DNA from: Oliverpabstia sp.
Lineage (GTDB): Bacteria > Bacillota > Clostridia > Lachnospirales > Lachnospiraceae
Direction: 5' to 3'
Assembly: GCA_051879295.1 (NCBI GenBank)
Contig: JBJELT010000028.1
Coordinates: 158-64,157, forward strand
DNA length: 64,000 nucleotides
Shown: positions 50,854-61,584 of the stretch, one piece after another
Numbering within the stretch: the first letter of the stretch is position 1
How the letters are laid out: the number at the start of each line of letters is the position of its first letter
Position numbers and translations under genes: made by a program
The notes under the pieces: generated by a model
What the model was told of the DNA's origin: nothing
Databases searched by the model: none
Seen by the model: the letters and a program-made list of their open reading frames with translations, nothing else

Positions 50854-50857
50854 AAAA

Positions 50858-52309
50858 TCACTCGTGCAGACTGTATCCGTCATTATAGACACATACAATG
50901 GGTGTTTCCTTATCAATCAGACTGTATATTCTTTTCGCGGCACTGACCGGAAGGTTGATACATCCATGAGAGCCACTGTAAACATAGGTTTTTCCTCCGA
51001 AAGAACCTCTCCAGCTGGCATCGTGCAGACCGATGCCTCCGTTAAACGGCATCCAGTAATCCACGTGCGCCTCATAGCTTGGATTTCCATCCTCTCCTAT
51101 CGGTCCGCGAAGTATACGGTCCATTTGTTTATATGTAAGGAAATACACTCCCGGCGGTGTAAACCGTTCACTGGTCATGGTGCCTGAAACGATCGGTGTC
51201 TCCACCTCGATCTGTCCATCTACATAATAATACAGATATTGTTCCGTCAGATTCACTTCAATATAGGTATTTCCCAGACCATTATTTTCTGTATACAGTT
51301 CCATACGGGAATACTTTGGTTTTCTTTTTACGATATCATGATTCTTTATATTTTCCAACAGTGCCGCAACTTCTTTTTCCTGGTTGACCTTCCATCCATA
51401 ATTACCGCCTTTCACAGTTACATCCCTGCCAGAAGTTGTATGAAATGGACGGGCTTTTCCCAGGGTATCTACTTCTTCAGCAATACTTTTCACATAATCC
51501 GAAATTTTACTTTTCAGTTTTTCCTGATCCAGCGTGTAGTTTCCTTCTTCATCCACATCCAACCACTTGCGCAGCTTATTTCCATTAAATACTTTTTTCC
51601 CATCGGGCAATTTATAGGTGACACTGACCCTTGCCAGTTCGTTCAGCTGTTCCTGCTCTTTTTTTATCTTTTCACTATCTTTTGTATACTCAGGCATAAC
51701 ATAAACGCCTGCTTCTTCCGCAGAAAAATCTGTTTTTCTGGCTTCTATTGCCTGAACAACTGCCTCTTTCAGTTCATCTTCTTTCAGCCGGGAACCATAG
51801 ACTTCATCCACAATGATAAACTGGTCCGTCTTAAACTTTACATAGGCATCCTCCGGATCCGTCTGCGCCTCTTCCTGCATACACGGCATATCTTCCAGCT
51901 TATCAAAAAGCTTTTCTTCATCAAAAGTAATATTTTCATCGATGGTGACGGAATGCTCGCCAAAATAGCCGCTGATCCACAACAGAGGATTCTGCTTCTG
52001 CAGCTGTTCTTTTACTGCCCCACTGCTCACATACTGATAATCAATCTCTGATCCGTCAATTTCATTGACCTCGCCATTCCGAAATTCCAGGGTAATACCA
52101 TAGTCTTCCACCTGTTCACGAATCAGTTCTTCCACCTGATCTGCCGTCAGTTCTTCACAGGCGATGCCATTGATCACTGTGCCATGAAAAAAAATATCTT
52201 TGTAGTAGTAAGCTTTCCATCCATAGTATCCGGTAGCACCTGCAAGGACCAGACAACCTGCTGTGATTCCCAGCCGCACAGCAAGATTTTTTTTACTTTT
52301 TTCTCCCAT
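50858..52309 (-). CDS. L,D-transpeptidase (PG-binding + YkuD)
   Basis: TPPG, GLHDASW, SHGCINL; N-terminal TM. Confidence 0.9.
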   Translation of the reverse strand: MGEKSKKNLAVRLGITAGCLVLAGATGYYGWKAYYYKDIFFHGTVINGIACEELTADQVEELIREQVEDYGITLEFRNGEVNEIDGSEIDYQYVSSGAVKEQLQKQNPLLWISGYFGEHSVTIDENITFDEEKLFDKLEDMPCMQEEAQTDPEDAYVKFKTDQFIIVDEVYGSRLKEDELKEAVVQAIEARKTDFSAEEAGVYVMPEYTKDSEKIKKEQEQLNELARVSVTYKLPDGKKVFNGNKLRKWLDVDEEGNYTLDQEKLKSKISDYVKSIAEEVDTLGKARPFHTTSGRDVTVKGGNYGWKVNQEKEVAALLENIKNHDIVKRKPKYSRMELYTENNGLGNTYIEVNLTEQYLYYYVDGQIEVETPIVSGTMTSERFTPPGVYFLTYKQMDRILRGPIGEDGNPSYEAHVDYWMPFNGGIGLHDASWRGSFGGKTYVYSGSHGCINLPVSAAKRIYSLIDKETPIVCVYNDGYSLHE

Positions 52310-52331
52310 TTTTTACTCCCCTTTAATCTGT

Positions 52332-52796
52332 TCAATGCTGTCTTCCTGACTCTATCATCTTTTTCAGAATAGCCACACTGCTGAAGATAACATTTACAAT
52401 AAAAATAGCAAGCGCAATCACACCTGCCACCTGAACCGTCTGCAGCAAATAAAAATTTGCCATGCCATTCTCTGATTTCAGAACATTGTAGACGATCCGG
52501 TACATTCCTGCTCCGGGTACCAGCGTCATATTTGCAGGAATCAAAAACAAAGTGACCGGAGTTTTAAATATTCTCGCACAGATGTGTGCCCCTGTAGAAA
52601 TAACGACTGCTCCCACAAAACTTCCGAATACTACGGAACTTGTGGAGTGAAATACCAGCAGATATGTCATCCATCCCAGTGCCCCGTCAATACCGGCCCA
52701 CACAAGGAACCTTTGCGGAACTCCCAGAACAGTGCCAAAGCCTGCCACCGCCACAAATCCGCCAATACACTGCCATAACATTTCCATACCACTCAC
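52332..52796 (-). CDS. ThrE_2 family exporter subunit
   Basis: Hydrophobic, LVPG motif; paired with ThrE. Confidence 0.85.
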   Translation of the reverse strand: MSGMEMLWQCIGGFVAVAGFGTVLGVPQRFLVWAGIDGALGWMTYLLVFHSTSSVVFGSFVGAVVISTGAHICARIFKTPVTLFLIPANMTLVPGAGMYRIVYNVLKSENGMANFYLLQTVQVAGVIALAIFIVNVIFSSVAILKKMIESGRQH

Positions 52797-52800
52797 CTCC

Positions 52801-53562
52801 CTAGAACAGACTCAACCCAATACCGATTCCCAAAGCCACTGCTGCTGCGATCACAAATGCCTCGGCCGCTCTGGCAACCCCCGAAAGATAATCCCCATGA
52901 AGTACATCAAAAACAGCATTGGTTATGGCAGCCCCCGGTACAAAAGGCATGATACAACTGATAATCAGAAGATTCTCCTGAAACGTTCCCGGAAGCACCC
53001 GAACCGCAGCACTGATAGCCACCGCCAGTGTGATACAACTGAGACTGTTCTGCAGGAAACTGTGCATTTTTATTTTCCTGCAAAAAGACACCACCAGGGC
53101 GGATAGCAGACCCACAACGGCTGCCAGCAGGGCCTCGTGCAGTTCACATCCGAACATGATGGCAAATCCTCCCGTCAGTGCAGCCATAGAAATGAGATTT
53201 TTATTCTTCGACTCTGGTTCTTTCCACAGCATTTTCATCTGATGGAAAGCCTCCTCCAACGTAATCCTGTCTTCACAGAACTCCCTTGAGATGTTGTTGA
53301 CCCGATTTACTTTATCCAGATTGGTACCCCTGCTGTTAATCCTCCTCACTACAGTCAGGGAATCGATGGAGGGATCATCCAGTGTCGCCACAAATCCTGT
53401 CATCAATACCAATACCTGAACTGTTTTCAAATTAGACTTTTTCAAAATTCTGTACATGGTATCTTCCACCCTATAGGTTTCCGCACCATTTTTCATCAGC
53501 ACTTCGCCTGCAAAAACCGCCGTATCAAATAATAGTTTATAATCCATAGAAACCTTCCCCAT
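52801..53562 (-). CDS. ThrE family threonine/serine exporter
   Basis: NGAETYRVEDTM, FVPG..ITNAV.D. Confidence 0.88.
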   Translation of the reverse strand: MGKVSMDYKLLFDTAVFAGEVLMKNGAETYRVEDTMYRILKKSNLKTVQVLVLMTGFVATLDDPSIDSLTVVRRINSRGTNLDKVNRVNNISREFCEDRITLEEAFHQMKMLWKEPESKNKNLISMAALTGGFAIMFGCELHEALLAAVVGLLSALVVSFCRKIKMHSFLQNSLSCITLAVAISAAVRVLPGTFQENLLIISCIMPFVPGAAITNAVFDVLHGDYLSGVARAAEAFVIAAAVALGIGIGLSLF

Positions 53563-53734
53563 ACATATATTTCGAAATTCCGTAACTATTCAATACTTTC
53601 ACAATTACGAAAGTCCTTCATATAGAAAACACTGTCATCATAAAGACAGTGTTTCCCCTTTTTCGACAAATACTATTGTATTATAGAACAATCCACAATT
53701 TCTTTCAACCATCCTTACCAAAACTTAAGGAAAG

Positions 53735-54475
53735 TTAAAGAAATCGCTTTTTTATCTCTTCATACTTTTCTGCTGTCAGCAGAGCATCCTCTTTTCTTCC
53801 TTTGAAATGTACCACATAAGTCCAGCGTCCGTATGGCTCTATCCGGCTGATACGGGACAGGTTGATAATATAGGATTTGTGGCTTCGAAGAAATTGTTCC
53901 GGATCCAGCTTCTTTTCCAGTTCACTCAGACTGGCTGAGGTAACATAACAGTCCTGTTCGGTGTAAATCGCTGTTGCCTGATTTTCTCTTTGTATGAGTA
54001 TAATCTCCGGAATATCCACAAAACTCATACTTTCTTTTCCCTTGACCAGAAGTTTGTCACGGCGATATTCCGATTTTACCACTCTTTCATCATGTTCCGC
54101 TGCCCTTGGACTTCCGGTCTCAGCGATTCGATCTAATGTACGGTTTACCCTCTCGATAGAAAAAGGTTTTACCAGATAATCAAATGCATATAATTCAAAT
54201 GCATCCGACATGTATTCCGTGTGGGCTGTGGCAAAGATAATCTTCACCTTGGGATCCAGATCCGTCAGGATTCTGGCACACTCCACCCCATTTTGTCCTT
54301 TGATACCGATATCCAGAAATACCACTTCGGGTTTTTGTCTGCGAAACTGGATGACTGCATCAGCAAGATCTTCACATTCTGCGACAATCTCAAATTCTTC
54401 ATGTTTTTCTATAATTTTGCGAAGAATGAGGCGGATACCCGCCTCATCTTCTACCAGCATAACTCTGATTGCCAT
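53735..54475 (-). CDS. LytTR family response regulator
   Basis: VEDE, FLDI, YLVKP receiver; FLRSHKSYIIN. Confidence 0.92.
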   Translation of the reverse strand: MAIRVMLVEDEAGIRLILRKIIEKHEEFEIVAECEDLADAVIQFRRQKPEVVFLDIGIKGQNGVECARILTDLDPKVKIIFATAHTEYMSDAFELYAFDYLVKPFSIERVNRTLDRIAETGSPRAAEHDERVVKSEYRRDKLLVKGKESMSFVDIPEIILIQRENQATAIYTEQDCYVTSASLSELEKKLDPEQFLRSHKSYIINLSRISRIEPYGRWTYVVHFKGRKEDALLTAEKYEEIKKRFL

Positions 54476-54866
54476 ATCGTTGCTCCATTCTTTTCCGCTG
54501 CCGTTTCTTTGCTGTCGGTTCCCCAAGGATTTCAGACCAGAGAACAGCCTTCCGAAGTCTTACAGCTCTGTCTTCTTTATGTATTTCCGTTATCGGAATC
54601 ACCGCTTCCAAAACTGGCTTCTCTTCTGTCTTCATCTCCTGTACTGATTCTGTTTCTTTCGGAACCGGTTCTTCGGCAGCCACCTTCAGGTTTTGAAAAG
54701 CACTCACAGAATCCGCAATCTTTTTTCCCGGCTGTTTCTTTTTTTTGCCGGACTTCTGTAACTCCTTACCTGTGGAAATCATGGACACCTTACCATGTCC
54801 GGAATGGATACCGGAACGGACCCCCCGGGCAATCATATTGCTCATATCCCACATCAAACGACTCAT
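54444..54866 (-). CDS. Hypothetical protein in the YqfB-like position after floA
   Basis: C-terminal LRKAVLWSEILGEP motif; operon position. Confidence 0.55.
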   Translation of the reverse strand: MSRLMWDMSNMIARGVRSGIHSGHGKVSMISTGKELQKSGKKKKQPGKKIADSVSAFQNLKVAAEEPVPKETESVQEMKTEEKPVLEAVIPITEIHKEDRAVRLRKAVLWSEILGEPTAKKRQRKRMEQRYGNQSYAGRR

Positions 54867-54879
54867 TCCGGTTCCCCCT

Positions 54880-55845
54880 TTATTTGTCCAGGATTACCTT
54901 TTCCTGACCATCATTTCCGATCATTTCTCTCATGGCTGTATCTGCTTTCAGATTTTGAAGCTCATAATAATCCATAACACCAAGCTTTCCTTCTCTTAAA
55001 GCATATGCCATTGCCTTCGGAACTTCCGCCTCTGCTTCCACAACGTAAGCACGCATCTCCTGCTCTCTCGCTACCGCCATCGCACGGCGTTCTTCCGCTT
55101 TTGCCTGTGCAATATTCTTATCAGCTTCTGCCTGCAGGCTCTGCAGCTGTGCACCGATATTTCTTCCCACATCAATATCCGCGATATCGATAGACAAAAT
55201 CTCAAATGCTGTTCCAGAATCCAGACCTTTCTTCAGCACACGTTTGGAAATATCATCAGGGTTTTCCAGCACTTCTTTATGGGAAATCGCAGAACCTACG
55301 GTAGTTACAATACCTTCACCGATTCGGGCAAGAATAGTAGCTTCTCCTGCACCACCTACCAGACGTTCCAGATCAGCTCTCACCGTAACACGGGCTTTTA
55401 CCAGAAGCTCGATACCGTCTTTTGCCACTGCAGACACATTGCTGGTCTCAATAACCTTCGGATTAACACTCATTTTTACAGCTTCCAGCACATTACGCCC
55501 TGCCAGATCGATTGCTGCTGCCTTTTCAAATTTCAATTCGATACCTGCCCGTTCTGATGCAATCAGTGCATTTACCACATTATCCACATTACCACCGGCC
55601 AGATAATGAGCTTCCAGCTGATTCACTCCCAGATTGAGACCTGCTTTTCTTGCTTTGATCAGAGGCATTACGATTTTAGCAGGTTTTACTCTTCTCAGTT
55701 TCATACCGATCATATTGAAAATACTGATCTTGACATTGGCCGCCAGAGATGAAACCCACAGACCAACAGGGACAAATACGAAAAACAGGATTACCAACAA
55801 TCCAAGAATCCCCAATAATGCAATCAATAAAATATTCTCCATCAC
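54880..55845 (-). CDS. floA: Flotillin-like protein FloA (YqfA)
   Basis: [50 protein letters not shown]. Confidence 0.93.
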   Translation of the reverse strand: MMENILLIALLGILGLLVILFFVFVPVGLWVSSLAANVKISIFNMIGMKLRRVKPAKIVMPLIKARKAGLNLGVNQLEAHYLAGGNVDNVVNALIASERAGIELKFEKAAAIDLAGRNVLEAVKMSVNPKVIETSNVSAVAKDGIELLVKARVTVRADLERLVGGAGEATILARIGEGIVTTVGSAISHKEVLENPDDISKRVLKKGLDSGTAFEILSIDIADIDVGRNIGAQLQSLQAEADKNIAQAKAEERRAMAVAREQEMRAYVVEAEAEVPKAMAYALREGKLGVMDYYELQNLKADTAMREMIGNDGQEKVILDK

Positions 55846-56333
55846 TTATCCTCCTTGCTTACCCTCACAATTAACTTTGACCCTTCTACTTTGATGATTT
55901 CCACAGGTTCACCGGCTGAAATATAGTTTCCCTCAGAAATTACATCAAAATTGATACCATCAATCTGTCCGACGCCTGTTGGACGAAGATCTGTCATCGC
56001 AACTCCTTTTTTCCCCAGAAGGTATTTCAAATCACTGGAACTGAGATAACCTTCCGTACTTTTCTGTTCTTCTTCCAGAATAATTGGCGACCGGAATTTT
56101 CCTTTTGATAAAAGATACAGCATCACTGCCATTAATATACCAAGTAATGCCAGAACGATGACCGTAATAAAAAATCCTTCCATCACCGTATCCGCCAGGA
56201 GAAATACTCCTGCGATCAGACAGACAATTCCACTGATTCCTGGAACTGAAAATCCCGGCACTACCATTTCAATTCCCACAAAGATAAAACCGGCCAGCAA
56301 ACACAATAATCCAAGAATTGTCAGACCATCCAT
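55842..56333 (-). CDS. NfeD family membrane protein
   Basis: TM segments, then [13 protein letters not shown]-like tail. Confidence 0.85.
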   Translation of the reverse strand: MDGLTILGLLCLLAGFIFVGIEMVVPGFSVPGISGIVCLIAGVFLLADTVMEGFFITVIVLALLGILMAVMLYLLSKGKFRSPIILEEEQKSTEGYLSSSDLKYLLGKKGVAMTDLRPTGVGQIDGINFDVISEGNYISAGEPVEIIKVEGSKLIVRVSKEDK

Positions 56334-56427
56334 GGTTCTCCCTCCTCTCTTTATTTCTTTTTTTATTTATTGTATCGTTTTTTTCTGAAAATGAAAGAGG
56401 AAATCCACTAATTATGCATTTTTTGAC

Positions 56428-57300
56428 CTATCCTGTCACTTTCATTCCCGCAAATGACAGTCCTCTTCGTTTTCTTTTCGGAATCTTTACGAAAAATGAT
56501 GTCTCCTCATCCGTACTTTCCACCTGAATACTTCCCTTAATCGCTTTCAACACTCCGGTAACAATGAAAAGCCCCATGCCATGGCCCTCACCTTCTTTCG
56601 TCGTAAATCCCTGATTAAAAATCAACTTCCTGTTTTTCTCAGGGATGGCCGGACCATTGTTATGGACCGCAATCTGATACTCTTCTTTGTGCTCCCTCAT
56701 TTCCAGCCTGACACTTTTTTCTCCATCCAGATGTTCCACAGCAGTCATGGCATTATCAATGAGGTTGGCAAGCACCTTACAAAGTTCCCAGGGCTCCATG
56801 GGCAGCTCTGTAAGCTGAGTGGCCACTTCAAGATAAAAATCTATCCCCAATCTCTCCGCTGCTTCCAGCTTTGCCTGAAGCAGCGCATTGACCGCAGGCT
56901 GCGAAGTCTTCATTGCCCGACTGACTTTCATAACATCTTTGAAAATCGGGCGCATGTAATCTCTCGCTTCCTCATACTCTTCCAGTTCCAGAAGACCATA
57001 GACAATCTGCATCTGATTCAGATAATCGTGCCTCTGCTCCCGCAACTTACTGTTTAATTTTTCCAGATTCCCCATACTTTCCCGATAACTCATGTTCTGA
57101 TAATGAGTAAAGGAAAATAATCCTCCAATCGTCAGCAGGCTGCTGAACAGCATCAGTCCCAATGCCAGGCTCAGCACAAAATCCGACTGTTCAAATAAAT
57201 GATTCCACAGGCCGATTAAAATCCCGCCTCCCAGTAAAAACTGGAGGCCATTTATTACAAACAACATCCTGGCCAGTTTCCTTAATGTCATATGAATCAC
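56428..57300 (-). CDS. Sensor histidine kinase (SpoOB-alpha + GHKL)
   Basis: QRHDYLN, NLIDNA, NNGP, GFTTK, GHGMGL. Confidence 0.88.
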   Translation of the reverse strand: MIHMTLRKLARMLFVINGLQFLLGGGILIGLWNHLFEQSDFVLSLALGLMLFSSLLTIGGLFSFTHYQNMSYRESMGNLEKLNSKLREQRHDYLNQMQIVYGLLELEEYEEARDYMRPIFKDVMKVSRAMKTSQPAVNALLQAKLEAAERLGIDFYLEVATQLTELPMEPWELCKVLANLIDNAMTAVEHLDGEKSVRLEMREHKEEYQIAVHNNGPAIPEKNRKLIFNQGFTTKEGEGHGMGLFIVTGVLKAIKGSIQVESTDEETSFFVKIPKRKRRGLSFAGMKVTG

Positions 57301-57447
57301 TCCTCAATATCTTTATTTCCTATTATTTATGTAAAAACAAACAGGAACCTCACAGAGTATCTTTTTTTTCCATACTCCGTGAGATTCCTGCATATTATTC
57401 ATCCCGTTCGTAACTCTTCAGTGCCTTCACAGTTACGAGTAAAACAT

Positions 57448-58101
57448 TCAGTTTTCTTCCGGTACCAGATCCTCAAAAAATACCGGATATCTCTCTGCGA
57501 ATTCTTTTCTTATCATCTCCGTAATCTCACGAATCTGCGGATGGGCTCTCTTGCTGGAACGCAGGCGGATAAAATGCCGCCACTCTCTCAGATTCATCGT
57601 CATCACAATCTCTGTCTTCAGAGAATTCGGAAGAATACTTCTGGCTTCCTCCGGCTTCGCACCGGCTTCAATCATCTGGAAATAATACTGCTCTGCCGCA
57701 TTCATGGCGTTGTTCCAGATTTCATACTTTTTCCGGTCATTCTCATCATTCAGATCATAGGAAAATCCTGTAGCAATATCAATACAGGAAATCTGATTAC
57801 TGAACTTGTCATTCGTATAGTTACAGTACCGGGTGCTTTCCTGACTGTAGCTGGCGATACGGTGACGGACGATTTCATGGGTAACTCCTCTGTCACAAGT
57901 CACACGAACAGTAATACTCTCATGCTCAATGACAGATTCATGGCCTCTCTTTACGATCCCTTTCAGAAACTTCTCTGCGGAACCTTCTTTGATATAATCT
58001 TCACTTTTATAGCAGACTCTGCCGATTTTCTCCAGCTTAGTCAGCATTTCCTTATAGTCATTATTACTTACGATTTCTATGGATGGTTTTACTGTAATCA
58101 T
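57448..58101 (-). CDS. thyX: FAD-dependent thymidylate synthase
   Basis: GHESVIEH, RHRIASYSQESTRY, AHPQIR. Confidence 0.95.
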   Translation of the reverse strand: MITVKPSIEIVSNNDYKEMLTKLEKIGRVCYKSEDYIKEGSAEKFLKGIVKRGHESVIEHESITVRVTCDRGVTHEIVRHRIASYSQESTRYCNYTNDKFSNQISCIDIATGFSYDLNDENDRKKYEIWNNAMNAAEQYYFQMIEAGAKPEEARSILPNSLKTEIVMTMNLREWRHFIRLRSSKRAHPQIREITEMIRKEFAERYPVFFEDLVPEEN

Positions 58102-58333
58102 TCTGTTCTCCTCCAGTATCAAAATCTTTCAATTCTCTACCATCATACCGTAAGTTTCGACTTTTTGCAACCCTGTTCGCTTTCCATTCCCGAAGGAAAG
58201 CCTCCTGCTCCCTGTCAGAAACCTCCCTGTCGTGCCTGCTTTCCTGCAAAACTGCACAGAAAAACATAATTAAAACAGTAACAACCAAAAGTAAAATACA
58301 ACCTGCAAGCATTCGATCTTCTCCTTTTAACAA
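58064..58333 (-). CDS. Small membrane-anchored hypothetical protein
   Basis: Hydrophobic N-terminus, AAGGAG RBS before MLAGCI. Confidence 0.35.
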   Translation of the reverse strand: MLKGEDRMLAGCILLLVVTVLIMFFCAVLQESRHDREVSDREQEAFLREWKANRVAKSRNLRYDGRELKDFDTGGEQNDYSKTIHRNRK

Positions 58334-58432
58334 TCACGCCGCATTCCCCTGACAATGGGGTCTGTTATATTTTACTCAATTCATGGAAGATTCATACACG
58401 GACAGGGGACAGTTCTGTGTCCAGGTTACAAA

Positions 58433-58993
58433 TCAGCACCTCATGAGGTCTATTCTCTGATACATTTCAACAATAACTTTCGCATTATTCTCCAATTTTT
58501 CACAACCATCAAGTCTAAGAATAGGACAAGTCAACTGATTAAGCCACTCCTCATGCTGTTCACTATTACAGGAACTCGTCCCATAATCGTAACCTGCCAC
58601 ATCTTTTAAAAATGATTGATGTGCTTCAAACATATCACCATTCGGCAAAATGCGATTTCCGAATCGTTCAAGTGCCCTGCTGTGTACTCTCTCTACACGA
58701 GTCTTTTGATCAGCCGTCAGATAAACTGCCAGGCGAAATAACGGGTCAAAATGCTCATGAAAACTATTCATAGAACCAGCCATAACAAAATCCCCTACTT
58801 TTTCTGTTGCAACACTTAGCCTTCTGATTTTTTCATCCTTAGAATACATAACTGTATATGGAATATCGGTATCATACTTCCAGATATATTCGTCAATGTC
58901 CAGAAAAGCTATTCCTAATTTTTTAGCAACAAGCTTTCCCAGTGTTGTTTTTCCGGCTCCTGCTGAACCTAATATAATAATCCCTTCAGACAT
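58433..58993 (-). CDS. P-loop nucleotide-kinase-like (AAA family) protein
   Basis: GSAGAGKTT, LDIDEYIW, LRLDG. Confidence 0.8.
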   Translation of the reverse strand: MSEGIIILGSAGAGKTTLGKLVAKKLGIAFLDIDEYIWKYDTDIPYTVMYSKDEKIRRLSVATEKVGDFVMAGSMNSFHEHFDPLFRLAVYLTADQKTRVERVHSRALERFGNRILPNGDMFEAHQSFLKDVAGYDYGTSSCNSEQHEEWLNQLTCPILRLDGCEKLENNAKVIVEMYQRIDLMRC

Positions 58994-59081
58994 TGTCCAC
59001 TCCTTCATTAGCATAGAATAATCGCCACAAAAAATGGGGCTACCAGAAACAAGGGGCGCACCACTTGGGGCAGGTCCACAT

Positions 59082-59450
59082 TTATTTTTCCCCGGTTCTT
59101 AAAATCTTATCTATCTGTTTTCCCTTTGCAAGCTCATCAACCAGCTTGTCCAGATAGCGTATTTCCCGCATCAGCGGATCTTCGACCTCCTCAACCCTTA
59201 CTCCGCAGACAACACCTTTGATCAGATTCCTGTTGGGGTTCGGAGCTGGCGCCTTCTGAAAGAACTCCCCATAAGTAACAGGCTCGGACAACATTCTTTC
59301 AATATCCTCTTCACCGTATCCGGTGAGCCAGCAGACAACGTGCAGAACCTCTTCTTTTGTCCGTCCCTTCTTCAATGCCTTATTCTCCAGAAGCGAATAC
59401 ACCTTCGCAAAATTCATCTGAAACACTTTCTCGTTCGTCATTTTTTCCAC
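59082..59450 (-). CDS. DUF2200 domain protein
   Basis: WLTGY, IKGVVCGVRVEE, IRYLDKLVDELAKG. Confidence 0.85.
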   Translation of the reverse strand: MEKMTNEKVFQMNFAKVYSLLENKALKKGRTKEEVLHVVCWLTGYGEEDIERMLSEPVTYGEFFQKAPAPNPNRNLIKGVVCGVRVEEVEDPLMREIRYLDKLVDELAKGKQIDKILRTGEK

Positions 59451-59462
59451 CTCTTTCCATAA

Positions 59463-59651
59463 TATGATACAAGGGTCAAAAGGTCATGTTTTTCATGCTT
59501 GCATGAAAAAACATGACTTTGGGACCCGCAAAAACATGAGAAAGTAGCCCGAATAGGGCGGATTTCGAATGTTTTTAGGATTTCGAGAGCACAAAGTGCG
59601 GAGAAATCCGTGTATCATAGGGGGCAAAATACCTTTTGACCCCTACATCAT
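59463..59651. repeat. MITE-like element B (full copy; partial copy at 31381-31440)
   Basis: Terminal inverted repeats TATGATACAAGGGTCAAAAGG / CCTTTTGACCCCTACATCATA with internal hairpins. Confidence 0.65.
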
Positions 59652-59655
59652 AATA

Positions 59656-61191
59656 TCAGACATGATTTAGTTCAATTGTTTTCGTGGCAATCTTTTCACG
59701 AAATCTCACATCATGTTCTACAAACAGCATAGTCGGTTGATATTCCAACAGCAGTTTCTCAATCTGCATTCTCGAAAATACATCAATATAATTCAATGGT
59801 TCATCCCAGATATATAGATGAGCCGGGGTCAGTAAACTGGCAGCAAGCAGTATTTTCTTTTTTTGACCTTCCGAATAATCTTCTATATTTTTCAAAAATT
59901 GTACCCGTTCAAAATCCAGCTGTCTGAGTATAGCACAGAATAAACTCTGGTCCAGTTTACGTTCTCTGCAAAAGGATGTAATACTTCCTTTTAATCCCTT
60001 TGCATCCTGATTAAGATAGGAAATCACAAGTCCCGATGCAACTTCACATACACCTTCTTCTAAAACATCAAGCTTTTCACCATTTGTACCATTTTTCTGC
60101 AAAATCATTTTGATAAGAGTTGACTTCCCACATCCGTTTTTCCCGGACAGTGCAATTCGATCGCCTCTGTTTATTGTAAAGGTCAATCTCTCAAAAACCG
60201 GATGATCTGAATCTGCATATTGACAACGATAGTCCTTGATATTTACAAGAGTATTTTTGTGATGGGAAAGCTGAATCAATTTTAAATCGACAGGGGTCTC
60301 TATATCCTGCAGAAGCCCTTCCTTTTCTTCAATCTCCCGGCCAATTCGTTTTTCCATTTGTTTAACCCGACTCTGCATCTTTTTTGTTTTCCCGCCAATG
60401 TATGACCGTGTATCCAAAAATCTGTCGTGTTCTTTGATCGGATTAAAACCTATCTTCGTACGTTCATTTTTGTCTGCCCAATCAGAAGTTCTCTTTGCTG
60501 CCTGCTTCAGCTTCTGAATTTCCTTCTGATGTTTCTCATTTTCTGCCATGACAAACTGATCTTTTCGCTTCTTATTCTCCCACCAACTGGAAAAATTGCC
60601 GTTTTGCACTTCAATACTTTTCCGATTCAATACTAAACAATGGTCAATACAGGCATCCAGCAAATCCCGGTCATGGGATACCAGAATAAATCCCTTCTTT
60701 GATGCCAGATATTTTTTTACGATTTCTCTTGCCTCCTGATCCAGGTGATTCGTAGGCTCGTCGATCAGCAGAAACTCATGACCTCCCGAAAATAAAATTG
60801 CCAGCAAAACTTTTGTGCGCTCTCCCGGGCTCAGAGTCTGATACGGTCTATAGAGAACTTCTGCACTTTCCGCCAGTCCATCCAGCTCACATATCACACG
60901 CCATGGTTCACATCCCGCTTTCAGATCTTCCATAAAATCAGCTGCAGGCAGCTTCATCTGAGACTCGGTAATATGATACGGAAAATAATCAAACATGGTC
61001 GAAGTAGTAATTGCCCCCTGATAAGAATACTTTCCCAGTAATAAATTTAAAAAAGTTGTCTTCCCTTTTCCGTTTCGTCCTATAAAACCCAATTTCCAGT
61101 TTGTATCAATAGAAAAAGAAACATCCTCAAAAACATTGTCAAAGCTACCGTCATAATAAAAAGTCAAATGATCAACACTAATTTTTGCCAT
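59656..61191 (-). CDS. ABC-F ribosomal protection-like protein (Lsa/CplR-like)
   Basis: Two NBDs and no TM; WKLGFIGRNGKGKTT, LIDEPTNHLD, YIWDEPLNYID as in Lsa-type proteins. Confidence 0.85.
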   Translation of the reverse strand: MAKISVDHLTFYYDGSFDNVFEDVSFSIDTNWKLGFIGRNGKGKTTFLNLLLGKYSYQGAITTSTMFDYFPYHITESQMKLPAADFMEDLKAGCEPWRVICELDGLAESAEVLYRPYQTLSPGERTKVLLAILFSGGHEFLLIDEPTNHLDQEAREIVKKYLASKKGFILVSHDRDLLDACIDHCLVLNRKSIEVQNGNFSSWWENKKRKDQFVMAENEKHQKEIQKLKQAAKRTSDWADKNERTKIGFNPIKEHDRFLDTRSYIGGKTKKMQSRVKQMEKRIGREIEEKEGLLQDIETPVDLKLIQLSHHKNTLVNIKDYRCQYADSDHPVFERLTFTINRGDRIALSGKNGCGKSTLIKMILQKNGTNGEKLDVLEEGVCEVASGLVISYLNQDAKGLKGSITSFCRERKLDQSLFCAILRQLDFERVQFLKNIEDYSEGQKKKILLAASLLTPAHLYIWDEPLNYIDVFSRMQIEKLLLEYQPTMLFVEHDVRFREKIATKTIELNHV

Positions 61192-61299
61192 ATCCATTCC
61201 TCCATCTACAGTTCCGTATAAAAGGAACCATTTGCTGCCAAAGATTTCCATTACCTCTATAACCTCATAGCCGGACAATATAGACTGGATTCAGATATA

Positions 61300-61483
61300 C
61301 ATTTACGCACAAAAAAGAGAGGTTATGAGAACATAATTCACTTTGGCAACATGAAAAACAATATGCATATCACAATCCATACCGTCACAATCTTCATGTA
61401 CCCAAACGTAAATTATCTCCTCATCTTTTCACCTCTCCCATTAAAGATGCCATCATTCTAACATTTTGATTTTCTCCTGTCAA
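61300..61483 (-). promoter_or_regulatory. ABC-F promoter and attenuator-like leader with a short uORF
   Basis: TTGACA-17-TAGAAT (61455-61483); GGAGAGGTG RBS + ATG AGG AGA TAA (61413-61424); U-tract near 61311. Confidence 0.55.
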
Positions 61484-61584
61484 CACACATTTTGCCTTGA
61501 CCAACAGAATAAACGCATGAACAGTGTTACAGTCCAGCCCATTTTTCTTTTGAATTCCAATTAGTTACAATTCAGCCTTCATCT

